From Candidatus Lloydbacteria bacterium RIFCSPHIGHO2_02_FULL_50_18 (GTDB taxonomy: Bacteria > Patescibacteriota > Minisyncoccia > Phycocordibacterales > UBA6899), in contig MHLM01000013.1 of the NCBI GenBank assembly GCA_001821395.1, forward strand, positions 1 to 44,951: a DNA stretch of 44,951 nucleotides, written 5' to 3'. Position 1 is the first letter of the stretch. Every line of letters begins with the position of its first letter. The position numbers were made by a program, and so were the translations under genes. The notes below the pieces were generated by a model that worked only from the letters and a program-made list of their open reading frames with translations, did not search any database and was not told the DNA's origin. Shown piece by piece: positions 38,099-44,951 of this stretch.

Positions 38099-40536
38099 TA
38101 GGAGGCGAGATAGTGCATCAGCGTTTCTCCGACGAGCGTTAGGCTATTTGCGCTGCAGTGTGAAGGTGTATCGTTTGTCGTATTGAACCAGGGCTCGTAA
38201 TCAAAGTCGATGACGAGAAAGGAGGGAATTCCTGCCGCGATAAGGGGAAGATGGTCGTCACCTATCTTGTGCTTCACGGAATGATCAAATACAAGCGGTG
38301 CGAGGGCCCCGCCGATGTCCCAGAAACGCGATTGCTCTTCTTTTGCGGCATTGTACGAATATGCCTCTTTAGCAATCCCAAGATCCTCATCGCAAACCAT
38401 ATCGAATAGCACTGCGTGGTCCGGTTTTCCGGCTAGGTATAGTGCTGGGTACATTGCGGCAAAATGGGTTGAACCGAGCGGCGTCCAATTCGGGTCACCG
38501 CCACCCAGCGCAGTCGCCCCTTCTTCCCCGTCAAAGAAGACGAAGTCGATGCCAAGCGTGCTCGAGGCATGATCGAGGGACAATGTCCGCGCCGCCTCAA
38601 GAAGCAGTGCGACGCCGGATGCGGAATTATTCGCTCCGGGCATATATGCGTTGGGATCTTTTTTATCACGATATGCGCGACTGATGCTGTCATAATGAGT
38701 TCCGAGAATGATTCTTTTTTTTGCTTCGGGATTATATCGGGCAATGATATTCGACAGGGGAATAGGTCGATTGTCGTCGGTCACATGCACCCACGAGTCA
38801 CGTGCCGCATCAATATGCAGGTCCTGCATTCGCTTGAGGAGAAGGTTGCCTAGTGCGTTATTTCCCTCCGAGCCGATCTCCCGCGAACCGAGCGCAACGA
38901 TCGTGCGGATGTCCGTCATCGCGTTTGCTCCTTCGAATTGTGTAAAACGTCCTCGTTGTGGTATCGATTCCTCCGCGTGCTGATCATTTTGGTCTGCAAT
39001 GAATCGCGTTACAAGGTGGTCGACCGGCGCGAAGTCGTCGGTCAGGATGTCATACTGCTCAAGTGATCGTCCGGCGATCGGAAAAATGTGTGAATTCAAG
39101 CTTGCGAGAAACGGATCGGTGCTGGTGCGGATGCGTTCCTCGATGCCCGGCATGAGTTGGTCTGCCATTCCGACAACAATGAAATTCTGTACCTGCGTGC
39201 TCGCGGGTGATTCCGCGGCAAAGACGTATACATAGGGAAAAACATCTTTCATCGTACGGAGCTCGGAAAAGAGGAGCGATTCATCGGACGTGGCCCCGGA
39301 ACCAATGATGTTTGCCATGAAGATGCCTTTTGGTGCAAGGTGTTCCTTTGCATTTTGAAAAAATTCTCTTGTGGTGAAATGCGTCGGGATCGAATAGAGA
39401 GAGAAATAGACATCACTAAAAATAAGATCATATCGGTCTTTGCTTTCACGAAGAAAGCGACGGCCGTCCATTGTGTGCGTTCTGATGGAGGTGGTTTCGG
39501 TAAGATCAAAATACTCTTTTGCGATCGATTCGAGTTCCGGTTCGATCTCTACGACATCGATCTGTGCGTTCGCTCGTTCCCCATGTATCGCTTTTGGAAT
39601 GGTATATATTCCTCCGCCGATCACGAGTGCACGAGCAAGCTCGGGGTTTGTGAAGCGGTACAAAGCATAATATTTTGTGTAGTCGAAGGTGAGATCTTTT
39701 CCGTCAAGAAAGATTGCGCCCGAGCCGCTTCGGTCTTGGAGAAAAAAACGAGCGGGCCGTCCCGCGTAGATAGAGTCAAGAACGGTGAGCTTTTCATAAA
39801 CACCGTCTTTCATATAACGTATGCGCGGATCGAGGTCTGCGTTCCTTGCGATTATGAATGTTGCAGTGATGGCGATGAGCAATAGCAGCAAAAAGAATAT
39901 GGCATCCCGACGTCTTGCTCCCGTAGTAGTTGAAACAAGCCCGCATCCTCCCAGAAGAACGATGAGCGTTGTCGTTCCGTAGAGGATGGCACTAATGCCA
40001 ATGGAGGGGATAAGGACGAATCCCGCAAGTAAGCTGCCGAGGATCGAGCCTGCAGTCGACCAGAAGAAGATATTGCCGCTCATGGTCCCCAATCCCATGT
40101 GGGGACGGAATTCATGTCCGAGTTTGATTGCGAACGGCGACAGCATGCCGAGGAGGTAACCGGGCATAAAAAAGAGCACCATTGACCAAATGAGCGGCCC
40201 GGTTCTGATGGAGAAGAGGCCGCTTGCGATGGGTAGGATCGTCAGTGAAAGGACGTACAGCACAAAGAGGCTGATACCGCCTTTGAATATCACATTGTAG
40301 AATTCTTGAAACGTTGGTTTTGCATCCGCTCGTATGCCGCCCTTCCAGTATCCGACAGAAAGTGCCGCAAGGATGACGCTGATCACCGACGAGACCGTAT
40401 AAATGGTGTTTCCATAAAAAGGCGACAGGATGCGTGTTGCGGTGATCTCGATCACGAGGATAGCGGCACCGGTCACAAAAACGATCGATTGCAGACGATA
40501 TTTATCCCACCACGCATAGAGTGAACCTTTTCTCAT
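38092..40536 (-). CDS. three-domain fusion: N-terminal polytopic membrane domain + spermidine synthase-like (aminopropyltransferase fold) domain + C-terminal M28 peptidase/glutaminyl-cyclase-like domain
   Basis: About 7 transmembrane segments. The middle domain carries VIGGGIYTIPKAI...DVVEIEPEL...YDLIFSDVYFS (spermidine synthase-like). The C-terminus carries GTHYDSI...PGANNSASGVALLLEAA...FVFFDGEEG (M28 fold, with Asn where the metal-binding Asp pair is expected). Confidence 0.75.
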   Translation of the reverse strand: MRKGSLYAWWDKYRLQSIVFVTGAAILVIEITATRILSPFYGNTIYTVSSVISVILAALSVGYWKGGIRADAKPTFQEFYNVIFKGGISLFVLYVLSLTILPIASGLFSIRTGPLIWSMVLFFMPGYLLGMLSPFAIKLGHEFRPHMGLGTMSGNIFFWSTAGSILGSLLAGFVLIPSIGISAILYGTTTLIVLLGGCGLVSTTTGARRRDAIFFLLLLLIAITATFIIARNADLDPRIRYMKDGVYEKLTVLDSIYAGRPARFFLQDRSGSGAIFLDGKDLTFDYTKYYALYRFTNPELARALVIGGGIYTIPKAIHGERANAQIDVVEIEPELESIAKEYFDLTETTSIRTHTMDGRRFLRESKDRYDLIFSDVYFSLYSIPTHFTTREFFQNAKEHLAPKGIFMANIIGSGATSDESLLFSELRTMKDVFPYVYVFAAESPASTQVQNFIVVGMADQLMPGIEERIRTSTDPFLASLNSHIFPIAGRSLEQYDILTDDFAPVDHLVTRFIADQNDQHAEESIPQRGRFTQFEGANAMTDIRTIVALGSREIGSEGNNALGNLLLKRMQDLHIDAARDSWVHVTDDNRPIPLSNIIARYNPEAKKRIILGTHYDSISRAYRDKKDPNAYMPGANNSASGVALLLEAARTLSLDHASSTLGIDFVFFDGEEGATALGGGDPNWTPLGSTHFAAMYPALYLAGKPDHAVLFDMVCDEDLGIAKEAYSYNAAKEEQSRFWDIGGALAPLVFDHSVKHKIGDDHLPLIAAGIPSFLVIDFDYEPWFNTTNDTPSHCSANSLTLVGETLMHYLASYQ

Positions 40537-40745
40537 GGAAAAATTTTAACATAGTGTCGAGCGAAAGAACACGTGGTCGCATGTGGTCAAGTGCGGTATC
40601 GAAAAATATAGTATTGATATTTGCGATCGTTGCGTATTTGAATAGTGAGCATTCGAAGTGTAAGTGCAACAAAATACTCACGCTTTTCATAAGTTATCCC
40701 CATTAGGAAAAGTCTCTCAAGTGACGATACAATAGGCACATAAAC

Positions 40746-40838
40746 ACCTTGGAGTTCTTGCCTTCGAGGTGTTCATTGTTAACTGAAGCCCTGTTCGAAA
40801 ATTAATCTTCATCTCATTATTTTTCGGACAGGGTTTTT
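40746..40838 (+). promoter_or_regulatory. two tandem hairpins in the nrdJ leader; the second (CCCTGTTCGAAAA...TTTTTCGGACAGGG) is followed by TTTTTG
   Basis: ACACCTTGGAG-TTCTTG-CCTTCGAGGTGT (11-bp stem with 2 G·U pairs), then a 13-bp stem plus T-run ending ~170 nt before the nrdJ ATG. Confidence 0.4.
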
Positions 40839-41007
40839 GAGTCAGTCGGTTTGCCATGAGTTTCTCAAATGGATGAAATTCGAGACGCGGGGAAAGAGAC
40901 GAGGAAGACATATTCTTATATGGTGACCGAGTCGCAGGGGCTCCGCAACGAAGAAGTTCGCCATTTGAGAAATTCATATTATTAGGTTTATTATTCCCAC
41001 ATACATT

Positions 41008-43308
41008 ATGTCGAACGCTCCCACACGTAAGGCAATCAAGAAGAAGCCCGCTCCAAAGGGCAGTTTATTAAAAGAAGTGCGTAAGCGTGACGGTACGGTC
41101 GTACCATTTGATCGCGAACGGATCAAGAGCGCGATAGTTCGCGCTATGCTTGTCTGCGAAGAAGGCGGAGAGGAGGCCGCCGAGCAGGTGACAACCGCCG
41201 TAGTTTTGGCGCTTGAAAAGTCCATGAAGGGACGAAAAGGGTATCTGCCGACCGTTGAAGATGTTCAGGATACCGTTGAAACAGAGCTTATCTTTATGGA
41301 TTTTGCCAAGACGGCAAAAGGATATATTCTCTACCGCGAAGAGCATAAGAAGATCCGCGATATCGCGGGGATTATCCCCGAATCAGTTAAGGATCTTGCA
41401 CGAGAGAGCAAAAAATATTTTAAAAATTCACTTGCGGAATTTGTATACTATCGTTCGTATTCACGCTGGATTGAGCATGAGCAGCGACGTGAGACGTGGG
41501 TGGAGACGGTAGACCGATACATGTCGTTCATGCGCGAGAATCTCGACAAAAAACTGACGGAAAAAGAGTATGACGAAGTGCGCGAAGGCATCGTGCGCCA
41601 AGAGATCATGCCCTCGATGCGACTCATGTGGGGTGCGGGATCTGCAGCGCGAAAGACCAATGTCACCGGTTACAATTGCTCATTCATTGCACCCTCGAAA
41701 TTGCAGGACTTTGGCGAAGTGATGTATCTCTCGATGTGCGGCACGGGTGTGGGATTTTCTGTTGAGAGTCTCACGGTGCAGCAGTTGCCGCAGATCAAAA
41801 AGCAGACGGGAAAGATGCTGAAGACGCACGTCGTCGGTGACTCGAAGGAGGGTTGGGCGGATGCGTTCGTCTATGCCCTCAAGACATGGTTCGACGGGAA
41901 TGATCTGAAGTTCGACTACTCGCAGCTCCGTCCCGCAGGCGCGCGGCTTATGACGATGGGAGGCAAAAGCTCTGGTCCCGAGCCATTGCGCAATCTCATC
42001 GAATTTTCCCGGGAGAAGATACTGCGACGACAGGGAAGACGTCTCTCAAATCTCGATGTGCACGACATCATCTGTAAGATCGGAGAGGTGGTCGTTTCGG
42101 GAGGAGTGCGCCGCAGTGCGCTGATATCGCTTTCTGATCTCGACGATTATGACATGCGCAATGCAAAGGACGGACAATTCTATCTCACCGAACCGCAGCG
42201 CATGATGGCCAACAATTCGGCGGTGTATACACAGAAGCCTTCGACCGCAGAGTTTCTCGAAGAGTGGATCGCGCTCATGAAGTCCGGCTCTGGCGAGCGC
42301 GGTATCTTCAATCGCGGGTCCCTTCCGCTCCAGATGCCGGAACGCCGCAAAAAGGTGTTCATGAAGGATATCGACACCTGCGGAACCAATCCCTGCGGTG
42401 AGATCATCTTGAAGTCCAAGCAATTTTGTAATCTCACAGAGATCGTTATTCGCGCCGATGATACGCGAGCGAGCCTTATGAGAAAGATGCGTCTCGCGAC
42501 GATCCTCGGAACGTATCAATCGACGCTGACCAATTTCAAGTATCTCTCAAAGGAGTGGAAGAAGAATTGTGAGGATGAACGCCTGCTTGGAGTATCCATC
42601 ACCGGTCAGTGGGACAATGCGGAACTTGCGCACGATGCGAAGCTGCTCCGTGATCTCCGTGATGAAGCGATTGCCGTCAATAAAGTGTATGCAAAGAAAT
42701 TCGGGATCAATGCATCGACCTCGATCACCGCGGTCAAGCCTTCGGGCACCGTATCACAGCTTGTGGACGCATCAAGCGGCATGCATCCTCGTCATGCACC
42801 GTTCTACATCCGCCGCGTCCGTATTTCCGCGACCGACGCGCTGTTCAAGATGCTCCGCGATCAGGGGATACCGTACAATCCTGAGGTGGGACAGAGCGCG
42901 GAAAGTGCGGTCACCTATGTCGTTGATTTCCCCGTGAAAGCGCCAAAAGGTTCGGTCTACAAGGATGACATCACGGCGCTCGAACAGCTTGCGCACTGGA
43001 AGCTCATCAAAGAGAACTACACCGAGCACAATCCGTCCGTCACCGTTTCGATCGGTGAGAACGAATGGCTTGCCGTCGCAAATTGGATCTATGACAATTG
43101 GGACTTGGTGGGCGGACTTTCTTTCCTTCCGCGAACCGATTACGTGTACCAGCTCGCGCCGTATGAGGCGATCAGTGAAGAGCGGTATATTGAGCTGTCG
43201 AAGCGCTGGGAGGGGATTGATTTCTCGAAGATTGTTTCTTACGAGAAGATTGATGAGACGCAGGGATCAAAGGAACTTGCCTGCGTCAGCGGCGTATGTG
43301 AGATTTAA
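41008..43308 (+). CDS. nrdJ: adenosylcobalamin-dependent (class II) ribonucleotide reductase with N-terminal ATP-cone
   Basis: ATP-cone (VRKRDGTVVPFDRERIKSAIVRA). The catalytic motif NPCGEI, the C-terminal Cys pair (CVSGVCEI) and the absence of an adjacent beta-subunit gene favour class II. Confidence 0.8.
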   Translation: MSNAPTRKAIKKKPAPKGSLLKEVRKRDGTVVPFDRERIKSAIVRAMLVCEEGGEEAAEQVTTAVVLALEKSMKGRKGYLPTVEDVQDTVETELIFMDFAKTAKGYILYREEHKKIRDIAGIIPESVKDLARESKKYFKNSLAEFVYYRSYSRWIEHEQRRETWVETVDRYMSFMRENLDKKLTEKEYDEVREGIVRQEIMPSMRLMWGAGSAARKTNVTGYNCSFIAPSKLQDFGEVMYLSMCGTGVGFSVESLTVQQLPQIKKQTGKMLKTHVVGDSKEGWADAFVYALKTWFDGNDLKFDYSQLRPAGARLMTMGGKSSGPEPLRNLIEFSREKILRRQGRRLSNLDVHDIICKIGEVVVSGGVRRSALISLSDLDDYDMRNAKDGQFYLTEPQRMMANNSAVYTQKPSTAEFLEEWIALMKSGSGERGIFNRGSLPLQMPERRKKVFMKDIDTCGTNPCGEIILKSKQFCNLTEIVIRADDTRASLMRKMRLATILGTYQSTLTNFKYLSKEWKKNCEDERLLGVSITGQWDNAELAHDAKLLRDLRDEAIAVNKVYAKKFGINASTSITAVKPSGTVSQLVDASSGMHPRHAPFYIRRVRISATDALFKMLRDQGIPYNPEVGQSAESAVTYVVDFPVKAPKGSVYKDDITALEQLAHWKLIKENYTEHNPSVTVSIGENEWLAVANWIYDNWDLVGGLSFLPRTDYVYQLAPYEAISEERYIELSKRWEGIDFSKIVSYEKIDETQGSKELACVSGVCEI

Positions 43309-43641
43309 CATTCATTTTTGGCGAATTTCATCGTTGACTTCGACGAGCGGTCCGGCGAACTTACGAGAGTAAGTCCGCTCGGACACGCCCGCCTTGTCGC
43401 CTCGAACTTCATCCAAAACTGAACGTTAAATTGCGAAGGCAATTGGAGTGAGGAGGTGTTTGGCGTTACGACACGAAGTCGTCAAAGCACCCAATAATTG
43501 CGACCAATTTTTCTTAGCGGTAGTCCGCTTTAAAAGTATGAAGTGCCCAAGTGGTGCACACCAAACTGACTTTAAACTGGCAATTTCACACATAGATTAA
43601 CTTAACGTCACAAGTCATTGCGTATTAATTTGGAATTGATC

Positions 43642-44355
43642 ATGATAATAGTAATTCTTCTAGCATTCATCGTTTGGTTATTTCTTGCGCTATACTGCTT
43701 TTACCTTCTCAAAATATATCGATCCAAAAAAGCAGAAATAAGACAAAATTCTACTATAAGCAAGGCGGATAAACCAATAGCAGAAAAACTGCAGTATGAA
43801 CTGACCGTTGAAGACAAGTTGCTAGGGTTTTCCGTAAAAAGCTTTATTACACTTACAACCAATGCGCTATTAGTGATTATCACCACGATAGGTGTGTATA
43901 CTTCAGCCCAGTCTTTTAGGGAACAAAGTGTTTTAAATCGAGAACAAAACATACTTGAATATAAAAAAGAGAGAGCATATGTGAATTTGCAAAAATTTGA
44001 GGATATTGTGTTTCCGAATGGTAATCATAAACTAGTATTCCAAATATCAAATTCTGGAGGAACTCCGGCAATGAAGACTGTCGCGTCCGTGTTTTACTCA
44101 GAAGATGTAACTGATGAAACAAAGAAAAAAGAATTTTTACGTTACTTTGCGTTGACGGGACTGACAATTTCGCCAGGCGGAAGTTGGGCATATAATTTTG
44201 ACGTGCGAAAGGAGTTACTAATAAATTACGCACAAGATTCAGCAATATTATTTGATGTAAATTACAACGATTATCTTGGAGCGAGTAAAATAAGTCGCAC
44301 GCTAGTTGTGTTTAGAGACAATAAATTTGAAGTTCTGGGTAATGAAATGGATTAA
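43642..44355 (+). CDS. hypothetical membrane protein in an AT-rich block (two N-terminal transmembrane segments, then a soluble domain)
   Basis: Open frame from TTG 43618, with ATG at 43642. Its composition is markedly AT-richer than the rest of the window. Confidence 0.5.
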   Translation: MIIVILLAFIVWLFLALYCFYLLKIYRSKKAEIRQNSTISKADKPIAEKLQYELTVEDKLLGFSVKSFITLTTNALLVIITTIGVYTSAQSFREQSVLNREQNILEYKKERAYVNLQKFEDIVFPNGNHKLVFQISNSGGTPAMKTVASVFYSEDVTDETKKKEFLRYFALTGLTISPGGSWAYNFDVRKELLINYAQDSAILFDVNYNDYLGASKISRTLVVFRDNKFEVLGNEMD

Positions 44356-44529
44356 AACGGAAACCTCTATCCAAAAAACGGGGATAATTCCAAACAAACC
44401 TCAAATCACTAAAGTATTATTTAGCTGCTATCGCTGATAAATAACACTTTTGAAAACGGGGATAATCTATAAAAAACTGTCGGGAGTACTTTTTTGTACA
44501 TAGGTCGAACGCGAAGCATTGCTGGAAAA

Positions 44530-44558
44530 TAAAAAACCCGCATGTGCGGGTTTTGTGA
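44530..44558. terminator. bidirectional terminator (A6-CCCGCATGTGCGGG-T4)
   Basis: Perfect 6-bp stem flanked by A-run and T-run. It sits immediately after the stop of the minus-strand ORF at 44570. Confidence 0.75.
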
Positions 44559-44569
44559 AGCGTATGTGC

Positions 44570-44821
44570 TTAGGTTTTTTGGGGAATGATTTTGAATGCG
44601 TCATTTTCCCCGACATACTCTCCCGTTCTCAGAAGGATCACGTGTTGGAATCCATAGAACATAAAGGTCTTATGGCCGACCGTCTCAAAGCACACCATGG
44701 GATCGGTACGACCGCCTCCAGCCGAATTTTCCACTTTGGCAATAGTGTGCCACCTGCCTTTTATCCGTATTTTCCCCCCAGTGCATTTGTCGGCAATATT
44801 CCTCATTTCGAAGATTCTCAT
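44570..44821 (-). CDS. small hypothetical protein (83 aa)
   Basis: GGGAG sits 6 nt upstream of the ATG on the minus strand. A terminator follows the stop. A plus-strand ORF at 44519-44881 overlaps it and is less supported. Confidence 0.4.
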   Translation of the reverse strand: MRIFEMRNIADKCTGGKIRIKGRWHTIAKVENSAGGGRTDPMVCFETVGHKTFMFYGFQHVILLRTGEYVGENDAFKIIPQKT

Positions 44822-44951
44822 TTCTCGCTCCCATTTCTGTTTTATTCTGTTGCTGATATTACTACGAGGTACTTTCTTTGAAAACGGGGATACTTAAATT
44901 CTAACCTGAATTGCAACAAGGAATTATTGGCGCGCTGTCAATAAAACAACA

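Larger units (their letters stand above)
44374..44898. repeat. three copies of a ~20-bp motif (A)CTTT-TTGAAAACGGGGATA at 44374-44389, 44449-44470 and 44878-44898, direct orientation
   Basis: Copy 2 is AACACTTTTGAAAACGGGGATAAT and copy 3 is GTACTTTCTTTGAAAACGGGGATACT. Copy 1 is partial (AAAAACGGGGATAATT). Confidence 0.7.

Noticed and set aside
40537-41007. Cobalamin riboswitch upstream of nrdJ
   Set aside because: No B12 box (GCCACTG) or GGGAA/GGTG core elements were found. B12 riboswitches also normally control B12-independent isozymes, not nrdJ.
44519-44881. 120-codon plus-strand ORF at the window end
   Set aside because: Its 5' end spans the perfect terminator hairpin, and it overlaps the better-supported minus-strand ORF that has an SD and a terminator.

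Overview
This is a gene-dense bacterial chromosomal segment using the standard genetic code (TGA is used as a stop). GC is around 50% over most of the window, with a clearly AT-richer block after about 43.3 kb. Most protein calls rest on recognisable motifs read directly from the ORF translations; none was database-searched.

Recognisable genes, in order:
- A SAM-dependent methyltransferase with a long basic N-terminal tail, and a dCMP-deaminase-family protein.
- TypA/BipA, a DEAD-box helicase with an N-terminal RGG tail, and a TlyA-type rRNA methyltransferase.
- A LOG-family protein, a 6-phosphogluconolactonase/NagB-fold protein, and a CAP/SCP-domain membrane protein.
- An arginase–ornithine aminotransferase–P5C dehydrogenase triad.
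- An MFS transporter, RNase J with an R/G/S-rich N-terminal tail, an orphan family-5 ABC substrate-binding protein, SecG, GroES and GroEL.
- Three small independently transcribed genes, then a DUF4349–LemA–(two small genes)–HtpX envelope cluster.
- An acidic Cys-rich protein, a DUF1189-like membrane protein, tRNA-Ser(GGA), an EEP-family protein and an alpha-glucan phosphorylase.
- A second methyltransferase, a DUF192 protein, an 814-aa membrane/spermidine-synthase-like/M28-like fusion, and a class II ribonucleotide reductase with an ATP-cone.

No CRISPR array, rRNA gene, integrase or transposase is visible.

Non-coding signals worth a second look:
- A 19-bp palindrome overlapping a TTGACA box, present in near-identical ~33-bp contexts upstream of two unrelated genes.
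- A ~590-bp non-coding block upstream of the phosphorylase containing a perfect 19-bp inverted-repeat pair that nests a perfect 16-bp hairpin, flanked by ~30-bp direct repeats.
- A 40-bp perfect palindrome and a GC-rich multi-hairpin segment in a 500-bp convergent gap.
- A leaderless promoter for tlyA.
- A strongly SD-driven uORF overlapping the lemA start.
- A thrice-repeated 20-bp motif in the AT-rich terminal block.
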